Source: Eledone cirrhosa (taxonomy: Eukaryota). Taken from it: 64,000 nt of DNA. A program made the translations under genes and the position numbers. Below the pieces are notes generated by a model. That model worked only from the letters and a program-made list of their open reading frames with translations. It was not told where the DNA came from and did no database searches. Positions within the stretch are counted from its first letter, which is position 1. Every line of letters begins with the position of its first letter. The stretch lies in NCBI GenBank assembly GCA_964016885.1, contig OZ024745.1:58962001-59026000 (forward strand). The letters run 5' to 3'. This document shows, piece by piece, positions 41,288 to 53,894 of the stretch.

Positions 41288-42255
41288 GACCCTTCCATTT
41301 TGACGTACACCTATTTGCCTCAAGTTCTATTTCTTTTACAGCTTTTTATTTTTTACTTGTAAATACAGCATCTACACTACTTGTACATGTATACACCTGT
41401 AACCTAAACATAAATCATATGTATCTAGAGCTGATTATTATAATCCTTCTGGGGCAGTTTGAAATGGAGCCTACATTTCACATCTGGTAAAGGCCTTGTA
41501 CCAGATTCTGAAGCATATATTTGACATCAGACTTGGGTTTATTATCAGCTTTTCACAGAGTATAGTAATTAGTTGTATGTTGATGAAGGCACAACAGGTT
41601 AGACCATATCCTTTTTTACAAACGTCTTCTGTATCTTCGGTTTAACTAAGGACATATTAATAATTGCTAGAGCAAGAGAGGCAAAAATTAATGAAAGTGA
41701 TATCATTTGTATATTTTCTTTAACTCTTTAACAATTACTTGTGGCATTTAAATGAAATAGATTTTTGTGATTTCTTTTCTAGTGAAAATTGTGACATTAT
41801 TCATGTGACTATATGAGTATTTCCATTCCTCAACTAAATACCAAAAAGCATTTAGATCTATGTACAGTATTCCCTACCATACCACACTGTTCTTAAAACA
41901 TCTGTAACAATATTGATTTCTAACATAGGTGCAAGACCTCAAGTTTGGAGGAGTAGTTGTCAAATATATATTCCCTAGCAGGATGAAAAAGAAGGATGAC
42001 AAAAGTGAAGTTTACACTGGTGAGATATGAACTCAGAGTGTATATAATTGTAATATCAATAATAGACCATTTATGTGCATATAAACATACATATATACAT
42101 ATATACAATGATATTAAATAAATGGAAACTATATTTAGTTTCCATTTATTTAATATCATTGAATATTATACTCCAGAAAACCTATTGAGTGCTTTGAATC
42201 AATTATAAACATTTATATTTGCTGAATTACCAACAAATTAAATATCCCTTTTGCT

Positions 42256-42303
<48 letters not shown>

Positions 42304-42675
42304 TATATATATGTGTGTGTGTGTGTATATTTATTCAATTGAAGAAAGTTGGTTGATTAAAAATCTGCCATTTTTTTCTTAACAGACGTGAAGCACTCCA
42401 TGGTTTTTATTCATCCAGAGTCTTAACATAATAAACATAGATAAATGTATGTATACATATATGTATATATATATGTACATATATATATATATATGTGTAT
42501 ATATATATATTATAAAACATGTCTATAGAATCACCAGATAAAATATATACCGTTTCCTCTCTCAATTAGCATAATTAACCATATAAAAAATCAATTAGAC
42601 CAAGCTATAAGAATAAAAGCTCCTATGAAGAAATCTCCGACAAATAACCGAAAGCAGCCCTTCGCGGCGGTGGCG

Positions 42676-42991
42676 ACGGAGTATTTATCGAGTATTTCGA
42701 CAGCGTGTATAAATCGACCAGATATACAGTCAACTAAACAGAATTAGTTGAATGTATTCTTGGCGCGAGCACTTTGGAAAATTAATTGTCTAAATTTGAG
42801 CTAACTCCTGAAGAGTCCGGTGCTCTAGATTTCCAATGTTATCGGATATCTTAAAATGCGGACGAAACCATGGTAGAGGTAACTAAATATGTACACTTTT
42901 CTTCTAGTTTATTTTACACCTAATTCTGTTTAGTTGACTGTATATCTGGTCGATTTATACACGCTGTCGAAATACTCGATAAATACTCCGT
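42676..42991. repeat. Perfect 72-bp inverted repeat enclosing a hammerhead ribozyme
   Basis: Arms 42676-42747 and 42920-42991 are exact reverse complements. Confidence 0.9.
42802..42881 (+). ncRNA. Type I hammerhead ribozyme with extended loop II
   Basis: TAACTC-CTGAAGA-GTCCG..(~40 nt)..CGGAC-GAAA-CCATGG-TA-GAGGTA; palindromic stem III. Confidence 0.8.
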
Positions 42992-43636
42992 TGCTTGAAC
43001 AGCTCTCTATCTAAAATCTGTAATCTCTGCCTAAATGAAAAATTTACCATTATCTCTAACCTAGATTCTATAATAAATAGACGCTCAGATTTGTTTTCTA
43101 TCTGCCTGCATAAATTCCATAGAACTTTTCACAAAGTATACAGTTAATATTCAATTCTTTATCAATTTAGAATCTTTTCTCAAAGGCACATATACATACA
43201 CCTCTTTAAAATATACCCATCTACCTTACTTTAAAGGGCATTATACACTCTATAATACTCGTTTACTCATTACCCTCATTCTATCTTCTCGTAAAATCAT
43301 AGCATTTGTTTTTGTCATTTGAATATTCATCCGCAATCATTATTATTTTTTCTCTCTATCATAAATCTTTTTAATCTCAATTTCATCCTTAATTTATTAT
43401 TATTTTTTTCTCCCCATCAACGAACTCATTATTAATACATATTAACTCTTTATTCGCACATATCATATACAAACTTTAACTTCACATTATTTTTCTCAAA
43501 TCCTTCTACACACAAACCTTAACAATTTTTCTCTTCGCTAATTTTGAAATTGCCACAATACATACATTTCTTCTTTTGACGTTAGAATATTCACCCACAA
43601 TTATTATTTTTTTCTCTCTATCTTCATACATAATTT

Positions 43637-44048
43637 CCCTTCGTTAATTTTCAAATTCCTTTAATTTATACATTATCTTCCAACGGTTCCCAACCTCTCT
43701 ATATTAAAACAATATATCTTTTTCTCAGTTATAAAAACTATCTCTTTCTCTCTATCACCCATCTCTCCCTCTCCACCTTCACTCTCATCTCCTCCCCCCT
43801 TTTTTTTTCATCCTTTCCCCCCCCCCTCCCTAAATAAAATATTTTTCCTCGCACATATCCTCCCTTCGTTAATTTTCAAAATTTTTAATTTATACAGTAT
43901 CTTCCAACGGTTTTCAACCTCTCTATGTAAAAAATATATTTCCTCTCAGTTATAAAAACTATCTCTTTCTCTCTATCACCCATCTCTCCCTCTCATCTCC
44001 TCCCCTTTCATCCTTCCCCCCCCCCCTCTCTAAATAAAATATTTTTCC
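43637..44048. repeat. ~220-bp pyrimidine-rich tandem duplication upstream of an HHR (probable PLE terminal region)
   Basis: 43637-43848 matches 43861-44048. Confidence 0.7.
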
Positions 44049-44143
44049 CAATATCACACATCAATCTAAAACCATTTTTCATATGTTGATTTAAAACTGC
44101 ACTATCCACAAGTGTTTTTTAGCCTTCATATCATGTTCTCCTG

Positions 44144-44210
44144 TTTTATCTGATGAAAACACAAATATTATTGCTTGATGATGTTTGTTTTTGAAATGCG
44201 CATAATAAAA
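44144..44210 (+). ncRNA. Type I hammerhead ribozyme
   Basis: TTTTAT-CTGATGA-AAACA..TGTTTTT-GAAA-TGCGCA-TA-ATAAAA. Confidence 0.8.
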
Positions 44211-44247
44211 TATATGGAACTCCTTTAACCATCTTTTGATCTTATAT

Positions 44248-44335
<88 letters not shown>

Positions 44336-44337
44336 TA

Positions 44338-44536
44338 TGTCAGGTCACCAGTTGGTGCTACTGGTAACATGTATCCCAGTACAACCTGTCTCATGGTCGG
44401 GTCGTTGGCGACTAAACTGGCAACCCTACCAAGGTTTCTTGGTGAGGAGGGTGACTTTGGACATCCTGCAGGAATAAAAACAAAACCTGTCAAAGGGAAA
44501 AGGAGCTCTTAAGAGTCAATGGCCATCCAAAATCAA
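44338..44536 (+). mobile_element. RTE 5' end fragment
   Basis: Highly similar to the reverse complement of 279-478. Confidence 0.7.
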
Positions 44537-44568
44537 CTCGCTAGCTGGACTAAAAAGTCACACTTGTT

Positions 44569-45420
44569 CTTTTCCTGGGTCATGTATTTTCGTCGCTCTG
44601 GTAATGCGGTTGGACTGCCGACCGCTATATCTGATTTGCTAAGCTGTTTGAACGTAATATTATTACTCTGGGGTCTTACCTCATCCGAGTGCTAAAGCTA
44701 CAGACCGATTATGCATATATGCTAGCTTGGCCGTATACTAAAGCTTCGTCAATGCTGTACTAAAATTTATATTTACTCCTAGAATTAACGATTAACTGAT
44801 TAATTTAATTGGATGATTCTATTGATTGATTAATTGTTTAAGTTTGTTTGATAACTTCTAGTCGAGTGCTTTATTCGGTTTGTATAAGGGGATTCATTCC
44901 TTTACCTCAAATTAGAATACACCGCCTAAGTGGGGGTTACCTCCCTTGGAGAAAACCACGTGTCTGTGGCGACCTTTAAAGTTACAACAAACCCGCTTTG
45001 GCTAAGAACGAAAGACTTGCTGAAGAAGTAAATCCTATGTTCTGTCGTCAAAAACCATTATATTGCAGACTCCTGCAATAGGAATTTGTCGATCTTGGAT
45101 TTGCAGAAACTTAGCGCTGATGTTGGATGTGATATTGTGATCTATATTGTGGATATACGATGTAAGTTATATATTTTGCACTCAGCCTCACCGTTATGTC
45201 CGGGTCAGAATAAAATCTTTTCCTGGGTCATGTATTTTCGTTGCTCTGGTAATGCGGTTGGACTGCCGACCGCTATATCTGATTTGCTAAGCTGTCTGAA
45301 CGTAATGTTATTACTCTGGGGTCTTACCTCATCCGAGTGCTAAAGCTACAGACCGATTATGCATATACGCTAGCTTGGCCGTATACTAAAGCTTCGTCAA
45401 TGTTGTACTAAAATTTATAT
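44569..45420. repeat. Partial tandem element: ~200-bp direct repeats ~650 bp apart
   Basis: 44569-44772 matches 45217-45420. Ends in (TA)n; no ORF. Confidence 0.8.
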
Positions 45421-45448
45421 ATATATGTATATATATATATATATATAT

Positions 45449-45545
<97 letters not shown>

Positions 45546-45660
45546 CGTTAGAATATGTGTAATAAGGCCAAGACAATGCAGATATGGACATAGAAAAAAG
45601 AATGCAATAGTGAGAGATATTGATGAGAATTCGTCTTTCACCTTGAATTTATTTAAATGT

Positions 45661-45695
45661 CCTTAATTTTCGAGATAATATCTCTTCTTCGGAGG
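45661..45695 (-). ncRNA. Ultra-minimal hammerhead variant (U4C)
   Basis: CCT-CCGAAGA-AGAGAT ATT ATCTC-GAAA-AT-TA-AGG. Confidence 0.55.
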
Positions 45696-46077
45696 GAAGT
45701 AAAAGTCTCAGACCAGCGTCTTAAATTTCCAATGAAGCCATGCTGACCGGAAATAGTATAGAGTTCTAACTTTAATATCAAAGAATTAAAATTAGGTGGG
45801 TAAAGAGTAGTCTCCCTTTAAGAGGGGTGTGTTTATGTTTTTGTTGTGTTTTTTAAATTTTATATGCGTGCCTGTATATGTGTGTGGGAGAAAGCATGAA
45901 GGTGTAGGTATGTGGGTGTGTGTGTGTGAGTGTGGGAAGATAGGTCTAATCGTAAAAGTGGGGGGTAGGTGTTATCTGGTGTTAGAACTGGCTTTGTGTG
46001 TGTATGTGTGAGAGAGAATAAGTGGAGGTGTGCGCGTGCGTGTGTGTGGGGTGTGTAAAGTGGGGCTAGAGGCCCTA

Positions 46078-47154
46078 TCAGGTTATAAATTGGGTGTTGA
46101 GCTCTAGTCTATTATTGATTGGTGGATGTGTTCTATCTATAATGAGTGCTTCCTTGATTCTAAGATTGCCGAGGTTTCTTTCTTTAGTTTCTATCCTAAC
46201 TGTTATGTTTTTATCAGTGTTTTTGCATTTAACTAGGTGTTTCTTAAATGAGGAAGCGTTAGTATTGAGGTGTTCTTTTATTCTTATGTGGAGTGGTCTG
46301 GTGGTGCTACCTACGTAGAAGTTGTTGCATTTGTCACACTCTAGTCTGTAAACTACGTAAGCCTGGTGGCATAGGTCTGTGTCGTTGATGGGGCAGTTGG
46401 CTAGTCTGCAGCAGTTGTCATGTCTGGTGGAGTGTCTCTTAGCTAGCCGTCCACGCAAAGAAGGACCCGAATGGGCCAGTTGAATATCCAGACCTTCTCG
46501 TCTGATGGCTCTGCGGATGGCTGTTGTTGTTTCTTCACTGAAGTGTGGGAGCTTCAGGAAGCAAGTGTTAGTGCCTCGGGTGTGGTGTCCTCTGTTCTTT
46601 CTGGCACGGTTTGTGGTGGATGTCGTGTATCCGTTCAGTTTGAGTACTTCCAGGAAATGTGTGGTGTGTGTGTCTCGGTCTCTGGCGTCGGTGCATTTGT
46701 TCTTGATACGTGCCAGTTCGTTCTTTATGTATCCGAACTTGGCACCGAGTGGGAGGGCCGATCTGAAATGTACGAACAGGTCCCTGCTGGCGGATTTTTT
46801 ATAGAAGCAGGTGTGGATGTTGTCTTCCTCTGTTACCCTGAGTTGGAAGTCCAGCAGGGATAGGGATCCGCGGTCATCGGGGTGTTCTATGCTGAACTTT
46901 ATACTGGCGTCCATGCTGGAGAATGTTGTGTATATTTTCTCTGCCTCTTCACGGGATGATGTAAGGATGAGTATGTCATCTACATATCGGGTGTAGAAGG
47001 CATGGGAATGGCAGGTGTTGAGGGCTCGGCATTCTAGCTGGTTCATGTAAGTGATGGCCAGCAGGCCAGAGAGGCTGGATCCCATGGGTAATCCTGTTGT
47101 CTGTCTGTATGTGTGGTGGTGGAAGGTGAAGTAAGTACTAACACCAGATAACAC
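46078..47154 (-). CDS. PLE RT (partial) plus GIY-YIG endonuclease
   Basis: QTTGLPMGSSLS, RYVDDIL, LSLLDF, VVYRLECDKC..FYVGSTTRPLHIRIKEH, KEALII..P.IN. Confidence 0.92.
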   Translation of the reverse strand: MLSGVSTYFTFHHHTYRQTTGLPMGSSLSGLLAITYMNQLECRALNTCHSHAFYTRYVDDILILTSSREEAEKIYTTFSSMDASIKFSIEHPDDRGSLSLLDFQLRVTEEDNIHTCFYKKSASRDLFVHFRSALPLGAKFGYIKNELARIKNKCTDARDRDTHTTHFLEVLKLNGYTTSTTNRARKNRGHHTRGTNTCFLKLPHFSEETTTAIRRAIRREGLDIQLAHSGPSLRGRLAKRHSTRHDNCCRLANCPINDTDLCHQAYVVYRLECDKCNNFYVGSTTRPLHIRIKEHLNTNASSFKKHLVKCKNTDKNITVRIETKERNLGNLRIKEALIIDRTHPPINNRLELNTQFIT

Positions 47155-47159
47155 CTACC

Positions 47160-47326
47160 CCCCACTATATGCAAAGTGGTCGTGGAGGTGCCACGGCAAA
47201 AAAGCACCCACTGTAAATGAGGTTGGTGTTAGGAAGGGCATCCAGTTGTAGAAATCAAGCCAGAATCAGTTCCCGTCCCACCCTAGCAAGCAGGGAGAAG
47301 CGGACGTAAAATGATGATGATGATGA
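47160..47326 (+). mobile_element. SINE family B 3' portion
   Basis: GGTTGGTGTTAGGAAGGGCATCCAG...GGACGTAAAATGATG. Confidence 0.75.
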
Positions 47327-47404
47327 TATATATATATATACATATAAACAGAAATAACAACACAATCGGTACAGTATATGGAAGGGATTTATTAGGTTAA
47401 CGGT

Positions 47405-47442
<38 letters not shown>

Positions 47443-47450
47443 CATATATA

Positions 47451-47489
<39 letters not shown>

Positions 47490-47505
47490 TCATACATATA
47501 TATAC

Positions 47506-47564
<59 letters not shown>

Positions 47565-47991
47565 TGTATATATATGTATATATATGTATAGATATATGTA
47601 TATATATGTATATATATATGTATATATATATGAACAATTAAGTTAAATTTGAGTTAAATTCAATTAAGTTAAATTTAAGTTAAATTTAATTTGTTTTTAT
47701 ATATATATGTATATATATATATGTATATATATATGTATATATATGTATATAATTATGTATATATATATATGTATATATGTATATATATATATATATGTAT
47801 GTATATATATATATATAAATGTGGTTGGTGTTAGGAAGGGCATCCAGCCGTAGAAAACCCTGCCAGAGATACTTCCATACGAGCGAGACATGGTCTCTCG
47901 ACCATTCCCACATCAAATGGAACAAAACCGATGATGATGATGATATATATATATATATATATTTCTTTTTTATGTCCGCTTTTCCCTGCTT

Positions 47992-48634
<643 letters not shown>

Positions 48635-48639
48635 ACATG

Positions 48640-48965
48640 TGGAGGCACATGGCTTAGTGGTTAGAGCATTGGGTTTGCAATCGAAAGGTTGTGAGTTCAA
48701 TCAGACCGGGTGATGTGTTGTTTCCTTGAGCAAGACACTTTATTTCACGTTGCTCCAGTTTACTCAGCTGTAGAAATGAGATTATAGGGACTGGGATCCC
48801 TATCATTCGTGGAGGTGCCACGGCCAAAAAGCACCCAGCACTCACTGTAAATGAGATTGGTGTTAGGAAGGGCATCCAGCTGTAGAAATCAAGCCAGAAT
48901 CAGTTCCCGTCCCACCCTTGCAAGCAGGGAAAAGTGGACGTAAAATGAATGAAATGAAATGAATG
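48640..48965 (+). mobile_element. SINE family B
   Basis: Full head to tail. Confidence 0.88.
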
Positions 48966-49000
48966 TATATATATACATGTATATATATATATATATGTAT

Positions 49001-49036
<36 letters not shown>

Positions 49037-49040
<4 letters not shown>

Positions 49041-49409
49041 TCATCATCATCATTTTACGTCTGCTTTTCCCTGCTTGCAAGGGTGGATGGGAACTGATTC
49101 TGGCTTGATTTCTACAGCTAGATGCCCTTCCTAACACCAATCTCATTTACAGTGAGTGCTGGGTGCTTTTTGGCCGTGGCACCTCCACGAATGATAGGGA
49201 TCCCAGTCCCTATAATCTCATTTCTACAGCTGAGTGACACCTACACAACCACTTTGCAGTGGAATGATAGGGACCCCATTTCTACAGCTGAGTAAACTGG
49301 AGCAATGTGAAATAAAGTGTCTTGCTGAAGGAAACAACACATCACCCGGTCTGAGAATTGAACTCACAACCTTTCGATTGCAAGCCCAATGCTCTAACCA
49401 CTAAGCCAT
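49037..49409 (-). mobile_element. SINE family B, inverted relative to 48640-48965
   Basis: Near-identical reverse complement, with an internal duplication. Confidence 0.88.
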
Positions 49410-49419
49410 ATATATACAC

Positions 49420-49563
<144 letters not shown>

Positions 49564-49939
49564 ATATACATGTATATGTATATACATGTATATATACGAA
49601 TACACCTACATGCATGCACACGCACATGTCCACCCTACATAGACAATGATACTTCCTAAACCTCTCTAATGCATAAGATACCCCTTACTAGGAAATCTCA
49701 AAAATGGCTGACTGAATACATGTGTGTTTTTTCAAATTATTTTTCTCATTTTTTTCACCATATCTTCCTCTTCTCACTTGTTATCTTTCTATTTATCTTT
49801 TATTTCTAATTCCATCTTCTGATGAACTACTAGTGTCCAAAATGTTAAGACTCTTTTCCTGCATTAAACTAATATATTTCTCCACTGTACTCTGTCATTT
49901 GCTTTGTTGTATATATATACATATATACCTACATACATA

Positions 49940-50165
49940 CAGCTAATCAGAACTAATGAGAAATCTGCAGATACTCCACCCTGACTATACCTTCAAATAT
50001 ATACCTGTGATTATTAGGGCCCTGGGATATGTTAGTAACTGCCTCAATACAAATCTTGAAAAGCTGAGCTTCACAGAAACAGAAAGAACATGACTAGTTA
50101 GGAAATTACAAGTACAATTCATTAATGGAACTGTAAATCATTCCAAAAATTTTGCATTCTAATAA
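49940..50165 (+). mobile_element. R4/Dong-like RLE retrotransposon 3' fragment
   Basis: Translates ELMRNLQILHPDYTFKYIPVIIRALGYVSNCLNTNLEKLSF..*LVRKLQVQ..NGTV; sits in CATA-type repeats. Confidence 0.6.
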
Positions 50166-50540
50166 CTGCATGTGCACATGTACAGATGCAAAGCATATGC
50201 ACAAGCACACATGAAACTCAAAACACGCATCCACACCTACACACACATGCATGCATGCAGACATGCATACATATCTATCTAGTTGATGTTGTGTAAATCC
50301 CAATGAGAAGGTCTTGTATCCATGTTAGAAACCGATTCTCTCTCTATTGGTAAAAAAAATTTTTTAAAAATTATAAAATTATAAAACCAGAAATACATTC
50401 ATACATATTGAAAGATACATATAAATCACTCTATCTCTTTTTAATTGTATTGGTATGTATGATATATATACATATGAAGTTCATCATGATTCATTTTATG
50501 AAAGTATGCAGCCAGCACAAGTTTACAAGAAACATTGGTT

Positions 50541-50620
50541 TTCTTCTGTTAAAGACTTTCTTCTGCTAAAGACTTTCTTCTGCTAAAGACTTTCTTCTGC
50601 TAAAGACCTTCTTCTGCTCA
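50541..50620. repeat. 17-bp tandem repeat TTCTTCTGCTAAAGACT x4.7 just after the SPATS1-like stop codon
   Basis: Seen directly. Confidence 0.85.
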
Positions 50621-50626
50621 GTTCTA

Positions 50627-50729
50627 TCATAGTCTGTAGTATTTCAATGGATTAGCAGGGCACCATTTATCCAGTTCAGTCACCGCCTCGATATCATCTC
50701 GCAATTGCTGTTCCTTCTTCCTCTTTTTC
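50627..50729 (-). CDS. SPATS1: SPATS1-like last exon: (V)KKRKKEQQLRDDIEAVTELDKWCPANPLKYYRL*
   Basis: Acceptor ttttgtttag, phase 2. Matches the SPATS1 C-terminal pattern EI.EV.ELD.W.PA.PL (from memory). Confidence 0.8.
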
Positions 50730-51439
50730 CTAAACAAAACAACAACAACAACAGCAGCAGCAGCGGTAGTAGTAGTAGTAGTAGTGGTGGTGGTGTTAGT
50801 GGTGGTGGTGGCGGTGGTGGCGGTGGCGGAGGTGGTGTTGGCAGCAGTAGTAGTAGTAGTAGTAGTAGTTGGGGTGGCATTACAGCTAGAGTGGGGATGT
50901 TGTCAGTCATTGACTCAACTGAAAATTTCTCTCTACCTTTAAGAGGGAGATGGGATAGTAAGATAGGTGAAAATGTGACAAGTGTGGTGGGATTTAACAG
51001 AGTGATGGACACGAGAGAACGGGTGACCTCTGGTAGCATGGGAAGGTGACTGTGATTATAACTACAACTAAGGGGTTGTGTCTAGTAATTCTGGAATTTA
51101 TCAAAGAGGGAGGAGTGGGAGAAGGGTGAGTGTGTACAATAATAAGAATAGCTTCTAATGGAATGAAACATAGGGGGTCATATTATATCATATAAATATA
51201 TATTAGTATAGTCAATACAAAGCATTGTGAGATATGTAATAAAAGACTGATAATTTTCAAAAAGCCAGTACAGCACAGTAGAAAAATGCATAGGGCAAAT
51301 AAAACAGAACAAAGTAATGTTTTACTCAGTATATTTCAACATAATATTTCAGGGATAGACTCTCTTGTCAAATATGGGGCTGAAACAGTTTAAAACAAAA
51401 GAAATACGTAGCCCAGTGAAGGTAAAACACATGAATCCT

Positions 51440-52200
51440 TCGTCTCGTTGGAAGTGGTGGTTTCAGAAGTATTTTGCATGGCTTCATATCTGTTTCTTAA
51501 TGTAATTACTAATTGATCACATATGTCAGGATTTGCTAGAGATGACCTGTCATAGCATTTACATTTGGTTTCAGGCTTTTTGTTTGATCTTAGACTGTAG
51601 TGAATTTTAGCTGATACTATCCTGTGGTTAGAAGAAACATTATTAAATGTATCACTAAAGAAGATGTGTCTGCAAGTGATGTTCATGTCCAAATCGGCAA
51701 AGCCTGAGAAGCATTAAATAAATTATCAACGGTCTGGAAATCTAAACTTCCATTAAATTTGGAACATGATTTCTTTCAAGCAGCTGTGCAGTCAGTTCTG
51801 TTATATGGATGTACTACATGAACTCTAAAAAAATCATCTTGAAAAGAAAATTAACGGAACTTATATAAGAATTCTCTGAACATCTTGTGGAGACAACACC
51901 TTATGAAAGAACTTCTCCATGCCAATTTACCACCAATATCACACACCATCAGAGAAAGAAGCACAAGATTCACTGGACATTGCTGGAGAGCAAGGGATGA
52001 GATCATCAGCAAAGCTCTTCTTTGGGAACCAAAGCATGAGTATGTAAATGTTGATAGACCACATCAAACCTACAAAAAGCAACTGCGAGGATTCTGAGAG
52101 CACCTGGGAAGGCCTACCATGAGGAATGGCAGACTGAACAAACTAGAGAGAACAAGTCATGATGATCCATGCAATAAGTACACCCAGGTGATGATGATGA
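51440..52200. mobile_element. Decayed RTE LINE: post-endonuclease segment (-) fused to RT C-terminus and tail (+)
   Basis: SNHRIVSAKI..SLR.NK on minus; WRQH..LPPIS.TIRER..RF.GHCWR..E..S..LLWEP.H on plus; (GAT)n tail. Confidence 0.7.
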
Positions 52201-52244
52201 GAGGCTAGTTTCATCTGAGTATTGGAACTATATTTCTTCTTCTT

Positions 52245-52271
<27 letters not shown>

Positions 52272-52275
<4 letters not shown>

Positions 52276-52630
52276 GAGGGTCGTGGGGGCAAAGTCCTCA
52301 AACACTCATCCCAGCGGGTCCAGTCAGAAGCAACTGTCTCCAACCGATCTGGCTGGATCTCTAAGTGAAACCAGCCAAGTTCATGGATGTTATCCAAACA
52401 TCTTGTTGCTCGGGGTCTGCCCCTGGGTCTCCTGCCAGTTGGTTTGGTCCATAAAACCTGTCCAGCGATTCTAACCACATGCCCATAGCTTTGGAGCTGT
52501 GATCTCTCAATTTGGAGAAATAGCATCTCTACCTGGAATGACTCCCTGATCTTTAAGTTATGCACACTATTGAGTAATGTTACTTCAAAGACTCTTCAGA
52601 GGAACCCCATTTTGCCTACTTGTATTGGGA
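52272..52630 (-). mobile_element. RTE LINE 3' fragment with (GAA)n tail
   Basis: IERSQL...GHVVR....TGRRPRGRPR. Confidence 0.75.
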
Positions 52631-53063
52631 GTAGGGGGAGAGACTAAATGGGTGGAGAGAAGATGTGTATGAAAGGGAGGAAGAGATTGAAGAAGAGAAA
52701 ATAGAGCGTAAACAAGATTACATAACATACAAGCATACCTACACATACACATTCTTACACACATGTACACTTATGAGTGTTAAGAGGAAAATTGACAGAC
52801 TAATATATTTTCTACCTTAACACTTTTGATACCAAACTGCCTGAAAGCACCACTGATTTTGTGATACTAAACATGTATATATTTATCTTCTATCTTTGTT
52901 ATGTTATATTCCAAACACCAGCTTAATAATGATAAAATTAGTTATATTACTAAATTCCTTCTTACAGTTTTCATTGCATTAACTATCTCTATTTTAATAC
53001 CGCTTATAGTTTTCATTTTACCAACAGAAGTGTATGCAGAGGTTTTGTGAGAAAAAAACTTAC

Positions 53064-53123
53064 ACTTTTTGTGTATCATTTGCTGAAATTGGTACAAACG
53101 TTTCGGAATACTTATATCTGGCC
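53064..53123 (-). CDS. SPATS1: SPATS1-like exon: (G)ARYKYSETFVPISANDTQK(V)
   Basis: Acceptor atttgttttag, donor gtaagt, phase 2->2. ETFVP resembles SPATS1 DTFIP. Confidence 0.78.
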
Positions 53124-53313
53124 CTAAAACAAATAGGAAAAATGAAAGGGATAACCTTGAGTTGAAAAGGTTTAATATGCAACTGCATAGTTCTGAGTTC
53201 AATCCCACAGCATGACACCTCGGGCAAGTATTTCTACTGTAACCATGTCAGTGGAATTCGGTGAAAAGAAAGTGTCTCATGAATGGATGGATATGTGTAT
53301 ATATATATATGTA

Positions 53314-53346
<33 letters not shown>

Positions 53347-53894
53347 AAAATGTAAACGGAAACAACAAAACAAACAACACAGTACAATGAAAAATATATT
53401 AGTTCAACATTTGGTATAGTAGGAAAAGAGTATTTACATGTCAGTCCTTCATCAGAAAATAAATGAGGAATAAAAGATGAAATAGAAAGATATAGAGAAA
53501 AGGAAAAAATTTAAGAAAAAGCATGAATATTCAGTCAGCCATATATATATATGTATATATATACATCTTTGCTTTCATCCTATTTGGAACCATCAGAAAC
53601 TGAGATATTCTGGTATCTGTGAATGCCACACAAAAAACTGATGATAGGCATGAGTTACCAAACCTTAGAATGACTGAGAGATTAAAAACTGTGATTAGGC
53701 AATAAAAAATAATGACATGGCAAAACTTCCCAGGGATACTCTCTGCATGAAAAACATATAGTTAAATGGAAATAACACACTTAACCAGCACAGCAATGTT
53801 TCCCACACCTGTCTAATGTTTACGACAAGAAATAACCACATAAATCAAATTATTAATTAGCAACAAAGTTTTAAGTGTAAATTATTTTAGATAT

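Larger units (their letters stand above)
45545..47154 (-). mobile_element. 5'-truncated Penelope-like element (YVDD, Penelope/Poseidon-like)
   Basis: RT plus GIY-YIG ORF followed by a 3' region with an HHR variant, then (TA)n. Confidence 0.9.

Noticed and set aside
49812-49852. HHR-like CTGATGA..CAAA motif (similar decayed case at 53402-53458 minus)
   Set aside because: GAAA core is mutated; counted only as decayed relics.
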